A stretch of 64,000 nucleotides of DNA. Origin: Botryllus schlosseri. Taxonomy: Eukaryota. Of this stretch, positions 1-10,829 are shown in pieces. The translations under genes were made by a program, and so were the position numbers. A model generated the notes under the pieces. The model did no database searches. It saw only the letters and a list, made by a program, of their open reading frames with translations, and was not told the DNA's origin. The stretch's first letter is position 1, and the number at the start of each line of letters is the position of its first letter. Where the stretch lies: NCBI GenBank assembly GCA_051294905.1, contig CM119373.1, positions 1,614,001 to 1,678,000 of the forward strand. Direction: 5' to 3'.

Positions 1-1522
1 AACCACTAGAATATAAGTAGCTCAAGTAGGCAACATTGGAAAACCTACTTGAGTATGCCAAAATAATAGATATAGATATACTTGATTACAGACCAGCGCC
101 TCAGGTTATCTGCACAGTCTCTATTTCATAACCTAGCCAATGGCGTTAAATGTGCTGCATACTAACAATGCATTTTTGTGTTAGTCATGGATCCTGAGAA
201 GATAATTAACCTTATATTGATGCCTTGCTCTTCTGAAGTGCCTACTAGCACTACACTCGAGTGGTTGGATTTTTACGCTTCTTCTACTCGTAATTGAGTA
301 TAAATTTATGACAGTAGCCCTACATCTAGTTGAGTAGCAGCGCTGACTACTTTACAACTTTTGTTTATTTTCAGGCTCATCGAACTACAATGTGAAGGAG
401 TTCGTGGTAACTGCTGAAAGATCAATGATATTCACCACGGACTCCTACGTTGCTTTGGCGTATCTGTTCGTCACATTCTATGTTTTCAACATGGAATACC
501 CGAGCGAACTGACAGCCACGTTGGAGTTTATGCAAAGGTAAACTGAGTGAGAGTTAGACTATCAAATGTCAACCCGTAATGGCAATGACTGATTATGTTT
601 CTTCGCTCGGCTCAGCTGCTTGCGCTCACTGCTGCGCAGTGCAAAGGCACCTTTATTGGTGATCTCACAGCTGGCAACTGGGGCGCAAAATATTAATGAA
701 TCCGGTCTTAACGAAAAGCTAGTGTAACGGTGATTTCTAAATTAATAATTAAAATGCGGTATGGGCACTAGAAATGCCTTAAAATCACCTTGAAAAATCT
801 GACATCTGCATTATTTTAAACAATCAGAGCGCTGCAACACATTGACAATAACAATTACCTATTGAGGTGCTCTGCTTGCTTATAACAATCACAATTTAAC
901 ACAAAAATGTTAACATATTGGGTACTGGTAGCCCATAGTGAATAGGCTTCAGAACTTTGTTAATACAGCAATATAGTTTTGTCTGAAGCAAATTCGCTCT
1001 TGTTGATGGCCAGCCCCCAGTTATGTTATAAGATGTATTTCATAAATTACAGAGTCTTCGCCGAGATTTCCGACGTAGGCGCGAAGTGTTCAAGAAAGAG
1101 AAAGACACTTAGAGTTCATCCAAAAGTGATGAAACTCACCAACCTCCTGCGGGAAACGGAATAGAACATGAAAATAAATGCTTTCATGCTGCAACATTTG
1201 ATTCAATTACTTCCATGGAGTTGTGCGTATTACCAGGGCGCAAAGTGTTTAGCATTAAGTCAATCAATACTTTGATTGACACTAGACAGGGCTGTAAATT
1301 CAGTGCTAGCTTTACTAGTAATTTACTAGAAGGAGTAAAAATATTACTAATTTTTAGCATCAAGGTTACCAGAGTGAGTAGAAATGCTGCTTATCCTGAG
1401 TCAGAAAATTTACTAAAATTATAGTAAAAAAATTACTAATTTTTAGTATTTAACGTTACCAGGGTAAGTAAAACTGCTGCCTCGCAATTAGGAGTAAATT
1501 TACTAAAATTTTTCTAACAGTG
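1..1522 (+). mobile_element. 3' part of CACTA/EnSpm (CMC) DNA transposon, left end outside window
   Basis: Ends ...TTTCTAACAGTG at 1522 (reverse complement CACTGTTAGAAA, CACTG-type TIR); subterminal TTTACTA/ATTACTAATTTT repeats 1310-1510 including a ~50-bp duplicated unit (1342-1390, 1432-1480); carries spliced accessory ORF. Confidence 0.7.
375..1164 (+). CDS. Last two exons (375-537, 1053-1164) of CACTA accessory protein (SAMD3-like / TnpA-type C-terminus)
   Basis: TTTCAG acceptor at 374, GT donor at 538, TTACAG acceptor at 1052; phases join in frame to ...LAYLFVTFYVFNMEYPSELTATLEFMQR|VFAEISDVGAKCSRKRKTLRVHPKVMKLTNLLRETE*; FYVFNxEYP...TLEFxQR motif is typical of animal EnSpm accessory ORFs. 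Confidence 0.7.
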
Positions 1523-3174
1523 TAGGACGGAAGTAAGTAACGTAAGTAAGACGAGATTTACAACTAATTTTGCGTTAACGAACAAACGGGGGTTTGCGCA
1601 AACACCGGGCGGCGCGTATTCAAAACGAGACCGTTCATTGCTAGTTTATTTTGAACTTGATGGAACTACGTAGTCCCAATTGCAGCGGAATGTTGATACT
1701 AGTAGGCGTTCCTTGCTATCGACTCCGGCGCGTTTAGGCCAGCCTTCCTCAGCGCTGGAATGTTCTGGCGTTCTAAACCGCAACAAGTCATCGCACATTA
1801 GGTCGCGCCAGTGTTTGAATTCGTTGGTGTTAACGTCGTCCGGGGCATTACTTTCGGCTGTCCTGGCGCGTTATGATTTCTTCGCGGTCCAATGACCGCT
1901 GTATGTAGGGCGACAGCGTGTTCTAGGCAGCATGCCGGGCAACAGACTACAGTACCCGACAGAGAAATCTGTATTATGATCATCTTGTTCAGAACAGGGT
2001 CGCGAAATTGCCGAAATAACATCTCACCTCTTGCTTACTTGCACGGTACACGTAGTGAACGCGCGTCACTCAAACCCGTGACCGCCACTCTCGCAATGCG
2101 TTCCAGGGCTCTCCCGACACTCATTCTCTGTAGTTCTTGAGATACCTCTTTACCAAGCTTGTAATTGATTCTCTTGAAATGGTATCGTTGTGTTTGCAGA
2201 TTGAAATGTAACGTTAAAAACCTGTGTCATCTGAAAGACGGCCTTTCCAATCGGTTCATGAAGCCGGCTTTCTCAATAGATAGATCATTTATTAAATTCG
2301 TCTCACCAGGAAAATTTGAAACATTCAAATAATCGGTATGGACAGGGAAGGGACGATACGACCGAGTGGTCATCTAGTCAATCCCTTTCCTAGAGAGCAT
2401 ACCATTATATCTCACGAGACGGACGAACACAACCTCATGGATCTCGAAAAGTTATTTCTCTATTTCCTATGACTTCTGATAATGCAGATGTTCCCTTTTT
2501 TGTTCGTGAGTCTATTACGATTGACCGACTAAACGAAATGCAAATTGAAGAAATGTGAGAATGCACACATGATGACTGAAAAACTATTTTCTTGAAAGTT
2601 GACTGGTTGGTGCCTTTGAAACCTGGAGCCTTTGAAACCAATGTGGTTCGCCGTTAATGTCCATGAAAGTCCGCTGGCATTCACGATCCTCCCCAGGGAC
2701 GACCGACCCAGATGGTTTGTTTGCGTGCATGATTGTTCTGCCTGCGTGGATGATTCTGGATTTCCTGGTGAGAGACAGCTGGTTGGTCTACGTCAGAGGT
2801 GGGCAACCTTTTTGGCGTCCACGGCCGCATTTCGAATACTTCGGCGCCATACGGCCGCCAGCCATATGTGAGTTGACTGAAAAAATCTCAATCTTCCGTT
2901 TTGAATCCCGAAATACCCGTTAACGTTATTTGGGTTGATAAAGTCAACCACGTTATTTGGGTTGATAAAGTCAACCATACCCATTGTCGTCGCGAATGCC
3001 GAAATCCACATTTCACGCCACTTTAGTGCAATCCACAAGCATAAAGACGCGGTATAATTGCCTACGAAGACATTTGGCCGCCCTCGGAGGACATTTTAGC
3101 TCTGTTTAAAAACCTAATTTCTACTAATCTTATCATATCTAATAAATACCAAACATATTTTGAAACGAATATAT

Positions 3175-5046
3175 TTAAGGAAAGTCTCTAACATTGAAAT
3201 CAGTGACTTCCTTGATTTTGCATACGAGATGACAAACTTGCAAAATTGGGAACCTCACCGACAAACTTGCAAAATTGGGAACCTCACGCGACACCATAAG
3301 TCTTAGTTGCGACTCTGGGTTTCCGTTCAGTAAGCGAGTTCGGTACTCGTTTTTCAGGTATTTCATTTGCGAAAAGGCAGACTCGCACACGTAAGTGCTT
3401 CCGAAAATAACAAGAGTTTCTCTAGCCAATTCTCGCAAAAGTGGATATTCATGGGCCATTTTCCACGTGTCAATCAAATTCTCCTCGCACTTGAACTTTG
3501 TCACAAGCTGCTCATCATTCTTCAATTCCAACAGCTCCATCTGAAGGTGTGGCGGTGCACTTTCCGTTTCCACCAGGTGTGGAAAGGCAACAAGTCGTAA
3601 TGTATGTGATATTTTTTGGAAATCTTTGAAACGATCTGCGAAATCCTGCAACACAGTATCAAAAATCCCCGAAAATAAAGTGATCGTAATCTTTTCTACC
3701 TTTATTTCGCAGCTGTCGATGAGAGACTTAAGTTGTGTAAAATGGAAAAAATCACGCTGCTGAATATGAAGTCTAAGGAGACGACATTTGTCACGAAAAT
3801 CCGATACTTTTTTGTACATGGTGCATATCGTTGCTTCTTTTCCTTGTAGGCTTCGGTTTAAAATGTTAACATGGGACAGAAAATCCACAAGAAACGCCAA
3901 ATATATGACAAAGCTCTCATTTTGTAAGGGGCAGTCTTTATTTTTTGTGGAATAAAATTCCAGTATTTCTTCTCGCAACTGTAGAACACGACGAGATGTG
4001 TCTCCTTGGGACAACCAACGTACTGCGGCGTGGTAGAGAATGTCTTCTGCCGACGTTTCGCGCTCTTGCAGAAGTTCTTGAAATTGCCTATGATGAAGAC
4101 CATTTGCACGAATGTACAAGATGATGCGATTGACGTCTTTCAGAGTGTCATTTAAGGCAACAGATTTGACACTCAAGGCTTCTTGGTGGATAATACAATG
4201 AAGGTTTGTGAGCTGGTTATTATCGTACTCTTTCGACACGAATTCTGAAAATCTTGTCACAAAGCCATTTGTGTTACCTATCATTGCAGGTGCTCCATCT
4301 GTACAAATACCGCGAAGATTTTTCAAGTCTAATCCATTGCGAATGCAAGCATTCTTAACAGCCCCAAATATGTCTTCACCACGAGTGTGGGTGGAGAGTG
4401 TTTCCATTGAGAGCAGATCTTCGCAGAACTCAAAATTTGGAGACAGAGAGCGAATGAAGATCAATAGTTGTGCAGAGTCCTTAATGTCAGTCGATTCGTC
4501 GATAGCCAGTGAAAATAAAGTTGCTTCCTCATTAACCTTTGTCTGTATGGAGATCGTCAACTGTTTGGCGATATCATCTTGCCGACGCTGAATTGTACGA
4601 CGCGAGAGAGGAATTGGAGAATAATCAGTTTCCTTACCAGGATGAATGCACCTAACAACGTCCACGAGACATCGCTTATGTAGTTCGCCATCTGAATAAG
4701 GCTTTCCCGCCGCACCAAGATGATGTGCGACTATATAAGACGCTTCGCACAACTTATTTTTCGACTGAATGAAAGCTGATATGCAAGATGTCTGCATTTG
4801 CACACTTTTCTTCAAACTTTCGAGACGACTTTTCCTCGACTCACCCACCATTTTTGCGTACTTGTGTGACACATGACGACGAAAATGCTGCCTTGCATTA
4901 TCTCCTTTAACAGTTTTGACCACTTGATTGCATATCAGACACATCATAGTATGGGCTGCCGTTTCTACCATAAAATAATCCAACTCCCATTTGATATTTA
5001 ATGCCCTCTTCTCCTCTGTTACTGTTCTTTTTCGTTTTACTGACAT
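3175..5046 (-). CDS. hAT transposase, GTF2IRD2/SPIN/Buster-like
   Basis: Uninterrupted ORF (likely ATG at 5046, MSVKRKR): N-terminal CxxC...H...H zinc finger, FSLAIDESTD, CTDGAPAM, HCIIHQEAL, VRWLS, FGSTYVCESAFS motifs (DDE catalytic residues present). C-terminus frameshifted by a 29-bp duplication. Confidence 0.92.
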   Translation of the reverse strand: MSVKRKRTVTEEKRALNIKWELDYFMVETAAHTMMCLICNQVVKTVKGDNARQHFRRHVSHKYAKMVGESRKSRLESLKKSVQMQTSCISAFIQSKNKLCEASYIVAHHLGAAGKPYSDGELHKRCLVDVVRCIHPGKETDYSPIPLSRRTIQRRQDDIAKQLTISIQTKVNEEATLFSLAIDESTDIKDSAQLLIFIRSLSPNFEFCEDLLSMETLSTHTRGEDIFGAVKNACIRNGLDLKNLRGICTDGAPAMIGNTNGFVTRFSEFVSKEYDNNQLTNLHCIIHQEALSVKSVALNDTLKDVNRIILYIRANGLHHRQFQELLQERETSAEDILYHAAVRWLSQGDTSRRVLQLREEILEFYSTKNKDCPLQNESFVIYLAFLVDFLSHVNILNRSLQGKEATICTMYKKVSDFRDKCRLLRLHIQQRDFFHFTQLKSLIDSCEIKVEKITITLFSGIFDTVLQDFADRFKDFQKISHTLRLVAFPHLVETESAPPHLQMELLELKNDEQLVTKFKCEENLIDTWKMAHEYPLLRELARETLVIFGSTYVCESAFSQMKYLKNEYRTRLLNGNPESQLRLMVSREVPNFASLSVRFPILQVCHLVCKIKEVTDFNVRDFP

Positions 5047-5648
5047 ATTGCGATGTAGACCAACTTTATAATGTAATTGGGCTATAAGGAAAAAGTTTTG
5101 TCTCAATGTATTATTCTCTTTCCGTTTGCTCAATACACCCACACCCACTCAATGTTATCCGCTTACCAAGGCTTTTATAACTACGGTTCAACCTATCGCA
5201 GTATCGCCAATAGGCCCCTCACATTTGGACCTCGCGACAAGACTGACTAAGCTTAGTCCTTGGTCCTCATACTTAACCGACATTGGCGAAGTGTGACGTA
5301 ACAATGCAATAATAAAACGCTAGGCGAAGTCAGCTTTACCGGCAACCGGTAGTCATGACAAGTGACGACTGGAAATAAAATTATCCAATTCACTGAAGGC
5401 GTTACACAGACAATTACGGGTTCATGTTAATGGAAACTTTCAAGATTGTATAGAAACTCCTTCTGTCCACATACATGAGGATTCGTCAATTTCATAATGG
5501 TTGACTCCAATACATACAGATGAGAAGCAGATCTATATTTAGCAATCATTATTGTGCCCTCAACTCTCGATAAAGTGCACGATAGTCGCATATTCGTATC
5601 GCAGGAAGCCTAATAAGCAAATCTGAAATTGACGAACCCGGACGAGGA

Positions 5649-5730
5649 CGGGGCTCGTTCACTTTCGGACCAAAAACACATTTTCCCCGTAAGGATGTAG
5701 TGAGTTTGGTCCGAAAGTGAACGAGCCCCG
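5649..5730. repeat. Perfect 26-bp inverted repeat (hairpin) with 30-bp loop inside hAT 5' region
   Basis: CGGGGCTCGTTCACTTTCGGACCAAA (5649-5674) and TTTGGTCCGAAAGTGAACGAGCCCCG (5705-5730). Confidence 0.85.
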
Positions 5731-6175
5731 CAGGTCCGTCTTTTAGTGGGTAGATTGCAGTATTATATTATGTCGCTAAAAGCAGCTGGAAACGCAGTCA
5801 CAGAGTATGAAGTGAAAGAGTTTACCACAGTGATTTAACAATACCCTCCCTCCATCGTCGTAATAAGTTTTATCATACATGTAACATATGATCCATCAAC
5901 ACACGGCCGCACAATTATGCCTCCACGGCCGCAGCCGCAAGGCCGCAGGTTGCCCACCCCTGGTCTACGTGATCGTAGATTTCCTGGCTGGAGCCTGTTG
6001 AGAAAACAGTCAATTAAGGGTGTTTATGAGGATAAAAGGGTGTTTATGAGGATAAAAATTCCATTTGTATTTTTTTAACCTCAATATTGTTGAAGATATC
6101 CAAGGCCCATATTCAGAGAGACACTTCTAACTCCTCTGTCTTGCTCAGGTCGAGTTCAACTCTATTGGAGTAGAG

Positions 6176-7316
6176 CAGGGGTGGGCAAACTACGGCCCGC
6201 GGGCCGCATGCGGCCCGCCACGCCGTTTTGTGCGGCCCGCGAGAGTCTAAATAAACTATTTAAAAATTTTGATAAAATGCGTACTAAAAATCGAATTAAT
6301 GCAGGGATTTGATTAATTTTTTCTTATTATTTTTCAACATGATAATTCTAAGACAGTGGTTTTCAAACTGGTGGGCGCGTCCCCCTTGGGGGCGTGAAAG
6401 CATCTGGGGGCGTGAAAGCATCTGAAAGGGTCGCGAAGCTGAGCTCGACTGAAAAAATTTTCGCGCTCCGCGCGATTTTCATCCGATTCAGTGTTAGTGC
6501 TATGTAGGGTTGTAGGCTATTTAATCTGAATTACATATTTAAAAATCTCTAATCCACAGTCGTAACCTTCCACGCCATCAAAATACCCGTTAGGTTTGCT
6601 ACCATCCTGGTTGCGCTTTGTGATATGACGATAAGGGACCGAGAAATCTTTGACCATCATAAGGGGGCGGGGCGTGTCTTAAAAAGTTTGAGAACCACTG
6701 ATCTAAGGTAAATACTTGATATCACAGCGTGATAGCTGCAACGAGATTAACATAATTTGGATCACCAGTGAGATTTCAGATTGCCCACTTCATTTTTAAT
6801 TACTTCAGTAAAGTGCTTATAAAAAACGATTCGGGCGTGTCTTAAGTACATTCGTTGTCTGTATGCGTGGAATGGGGGTATTTATATTTTATCTACACAT
6901 AGTAGAAGCGTGTTTGAAGCTAACATGGTTATGATGCTGTCAGCATTTTGTGTCCTGGAACTGAGCTAAAAGTGGAATTACTAAATCTATAAACAGATCA
7001 CTGCTCACAGATTTATATTTCAATCCTATTCTAAGAATCGGGCAAACCGCCTTTTATCTCTGTAGTTTTGACAAATTGGTTATTGAGGTCCGCCTGCCTA
7101 TGAAATCTCGCCACTATGTTTCTGACGCGTGTACGATATCATCAAAGCAATATTTGGCTTGTTTTAAATAAGCACATATATTGTCTCCATGTCCTCACTA
7201 TATAATCAGATATCAATATTGCGTTTTAGGTTATAATCCCAATTTTAATAGTGCGGCCCGCGAATGAATTCAGATGTTGAATGCGGCCCGCGAGCTCAAA
7301 AGTTTGCCCACCCCTG
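6176..7316. mobile_element. Non-autonomous hAT (Charlie/Buster-type) element
   Basis: TIRs CAGGGGTGGGCAAACT / AGTTTGCCCACCCCTG; perfect TSD GAGTAGAG (6168-6175, 7317-7324); GGCCCGC subterminal repeats. Confidence 0.92.
6354..6700. mobile_element. hAT MITE nested in 6176-7316
   Basis: TIRs CAGTGGTTTTCAAACT / AGTTTGAGAACCACTG; degenerate TSD TTCTAAGA / ATCTAAGG. Confidence 0.75.
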
Positions 7317-7855
7317 GAGTAGAGGTTTCGTATTCCTCCAATCATTTTCGATCTGCCCCCAGTTCTGAATCTCAACTCAACAGGGGCATTATTTGCAGCT
7401 GTGCGCTCGATCGGTATATGAACTGCCCAGATAGGTATACGGTACCTGTTTCATTCCTTTCAAATGAATAGATATTGACATCGATATGTTGGAATACTAC
7501 ATGAAAGTGAATGGGAACAGCCTACAGCAGGTTTACAGCAGTACCTTACAACTATTTGAGCATGAGCACCCAAATACCTCAATACGAATTTGTTGGGTAT
7601 TTCAATGATATGATGTGAGTGTCAAAACAAGAGATTATTGAGCATTAACCGGAACACCCTCATTAATGCAATTGAGCCACACCAATTACGGTTTGTGCAT
7701 TTTTTTAAAACTCTTGGTAATCTCGATACCTCAATTGTAACATGCAATTCAAATATTCGACATGCCACGCTATTGGCATTCAGTAATAAATTTACAAGGT
7801 AGCTGAGACGGAACATAAACGTCTGAAAGGACTTGGAGGCACGTAATGTAGACAT

Positions 7856-8130
7856 TAGGGCTGTTGAAAAATAGCTTTTTTTCCTGAATCTTGATGGTTA
7901 TGTGATTAAATCGTTAGGTTGCCTTAAAAAACGACGCACACCAAATTTTAATTGATTAGAACCAATAATAGCTGATTTCGTACAGTTTGAAAATTCAAAA
8001 TTTTTTTGTCAACCCCATGAAATTGTTGTGCTGTCTTCAAAGACGATGCAAAACAAATTTGACTCAATTCCAACCAGTAGAAGCGGAGTTTTTGAGTTTT
8101 TCGATGATAATTCTTGGATTATCCACCAAT
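7856..8130. mobile_element. Truncated relative of the foldback element at 30763-31310
   Basis: Starts TAGGGCTGTTGAAAAA; shares CACACCAAATTT and AACCCCATGAAATTGTTG...TCTTCAAAGACGATGCAAAACAAATTTGA blocks with 30763-31310; second arm not seen. Confidence 0.65.
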
Positions 8131-9339
8131 AATGAATGGAACGTCAAACGTCGAGATGACGTAACTGGCAACATGATAAACCGTTTTTGTGAAAATTAGC
8201 TATTCTTGCCTGATCCTGTCTTTTTGCATGCTTCATTGGATTTTGTGTTAAGGTCTGAAAAGGCAAACGATAAGCTACATGACTGTTAACATAATGTTAA
8301 CATACATGTCACGTAATACGCTACACTCACACCCTAATGAAATTTACCGAAATGCATAGATAAGTGTATATGATGAACTATTAATACTTAGCAGTACTTT
8401 GTATGTATGCGCCAAAGCAGTACTTTTTGTGTATGTATATTAAGAGCTGCCTAGCAAGCATGCATATTTCAATCGTAATTTTCTCGAAACCGCCTCTGCC
8501 ACTAGTGTAGCAAACTTTCAGTGCAGCAGCACCGCTGTATATCGAATCGTTGTCGCTTGCCATGTCTATATCCAGTAGTCTGCTGGAGTTGGTTACGCCA
8601 GCCGCTGTCTTCCTTGCACGACCAATGCCATCATAATGTGCCGCAGCAATTTCGGCACTGTGCACAGACGACATGGCAACGTGTCCAGCGGAGGCTGCCG
8701 GCCATAGTGGCGACTATCTTTCTTATATGTTTGGTACGTAAGCGTGATGTCTTCTTTCTTGAAATATCCTGACTCGTATGGCAACTTGTGAAAGTTAGCC
8801 TTATACGCGCTCGATCCAACGTTGTGTCCGTCGGCAATTTTGTCAGAGTGCTTTTTTTCGCCAATGGGTTGAAACATACGAGAGGTGTCAACTGACACTG
8901 AACTTGAACACAGTCACACCATGAGACTTATTGTGTTGACCTATTGTGTACCACTTAAACTATTGCTGACCCGACGGTTATACCTATATTCGGCGCAATA
9001 ACTGGTTTGCAGTACAGGCTAATGATTTTATACCCGTTAGCGGTTAGCAGTTAGTTTACTGTCGAATTGTCAGCGACAGCTTTTTCCAGAATGAAACACA
9101 TGCTGAAAATGACCCAGGAAACAGGATAGTAATTTGAATCTTTTTTGGTGGATACGGTGCAATAATTATGTTCTTACCACATTTACTGTATACATAGTGA
9201 AATTTGAGTATCACATTTACTGTATACATAGTGAAATTTGAGTGGGAACTCCTTAACGAGAAACCTCATTTTCATGTATGCTCAGATAGTTAAAATTGGT
9301 CGTCCACGTAGGGTTATAAATGGTAGCTGTATAACTTTC

Positions 9340-9880
9340 CTGATTCTAGTAAAAAAAAATGACACAGACCTCCTTCGCAACTGGTTTGAATTTGCCATGC
9401 AGACTTTGGATGAATTCTTCCTGGTCATAGCGGTGTCATCGGATAACCATGTTTGTAACAGGAAACTCTTCCTAGAGCTTTGTGGTGGTCAGCTTCGTTC
9501 CAGTATCAAGCACCCAGTGAGGAGTGGAGAAGAGCTCTCATTTTTGACTTAACAATAACTTTGTGTACAAAAAATCGGATGAATCCTCCCACTGCTGGCC
9601 ATGAGGATATTTTAGGAGTGTCGTGCGATGTCAAGCTCGATGCATACGAAAATTGTATGAATGTGAAGAAGGCCGTCCCGTCAAAACTGCTCACAAATTG
9701 ACAAGATTATCTTTGAATCCTAGCGGCATTGCTCGAACGTCGCCTATACATTCTCTTGCTGTTTTCAGTGAAAGTACTGTGATTGGGATTAAGGCATATG
9801 GGCAACCCAACCCCTGCATGAAGGAGCCTCTTGATATTTTCTGGATTATTACAAACTGCGCGTTATCTGGAATCCATTGA
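9340..9880 (+). pseudogene. P-element/THAP9-like transposase fragment (frameshifted)
   Basis: VIAVSSDNHVCNRKLF and IRKLYECEEGRPVKTAHKLTRLSLNPSGIARTS...LAVFSESTV motifs in two frames match P-element transposase RNase H/GTP-binding segments. Confidence 0.7.
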
Positions 9881-10829
9881 AAATATATCAAATCTCATGT
9901 CCTGTGACAGTTTATCTTGTGTTTCTAATCAATTAATTGCATTCATTTCATGAGAATATTATATAATAAAGATAGGTATTTGTGACGTCATAGTCGCTAT
10001 GATGTCATCAACTGCCTAACTTGAAAGAGTAATAGTGAGCAACAATTTTCCGTAGGTGCTGACAGCAGTCCTCTCAGATAATTTTGATTTTGCCCTCGTC
10101 ACGTAACAGGCCAAAAAGAGTTATCAATCCCTAGTCTAGATATCCCTGACAGAAGCTTTGCATCGTCGACATAGATTGAGTCCCGGGAAGGCAAGAACAT
10201 GTAGAATAATTATATTTGTTATTCTAAAATAGAAGCGACATGATTCGTACTCCAATACGAGATTTGTAATCCATTACGGAACACTTCCATTGACAGAGAA
10301 TAATACCCTCTCCCGTTACGGATAAGGTGAGCAGTCTCTAGCACAGATATATGTTGATATATAAAATTGTATAAGTCCTATATAATGTGTCCAGTCATGC
10401 ACAAGGACTGGAGTACAAGCACAAATGACTCGATCGAATTGAACAAAAATTGTAAAATTACAAGATGTCTCCAGGTATGAGTTAGTCAAATTGGACTGAA
10501 TTGTTGCGAGTATGCCGATAATTTAATTCTAATCTATTTTGTAAAATGTTTCTATGCTTCATTCAATGCTCATATAATTACCATAGAAAAAGTTTTGTAC
10601 GCTATCATTTTAATTCGATTTATTGCAGGGGTCTCCAACACGCGGCCCGCGACATGATTTGAGATTTCGGAAGAAAACATTTTGAAATTCTGAAATTGAC
10701 GTGCAATGGCCCAAACACTTCCAATACCGAGACGCCTAGAAAACTGCTTAGGGAATTGGTTCTAAAACTGAGGGTACGTCCCCATATAAAGGAAATGACG
10801 TAGTTTATTTTTGTCCTTGATGTTTTTTA

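Larger units (their letters stand above)
2794..5962 (-). mobile_element. Autonomous-type hAT transposon, Buster/Charlie/SPIN group
   Basis: TIRs CAGAGGTGGGCAACCT (2794) / AGGTTGCCCACCCCTG (5962); perfect 8-bp TSD GTCTACGT (2786-2793, 5963-5970); GGCCGC subterminal repeats; full transposase inside. Confidence 0.95.

Noticed and set aside
1523..2785. Possible decayed coding region continuing across the hAT insertions (also 5971-6167, 7325-7850)
   Set aside because: Only short ORFs with no recognisable motif.
8560..8925. THAP zinc-finger relic on minus strand (FHKLP, HAYVPNI)
   Set aside because: Motifs are scattered over frames, C2CH ligands cannot be placed, and it is opposite to the nearby P-like fragment; too weak to call.
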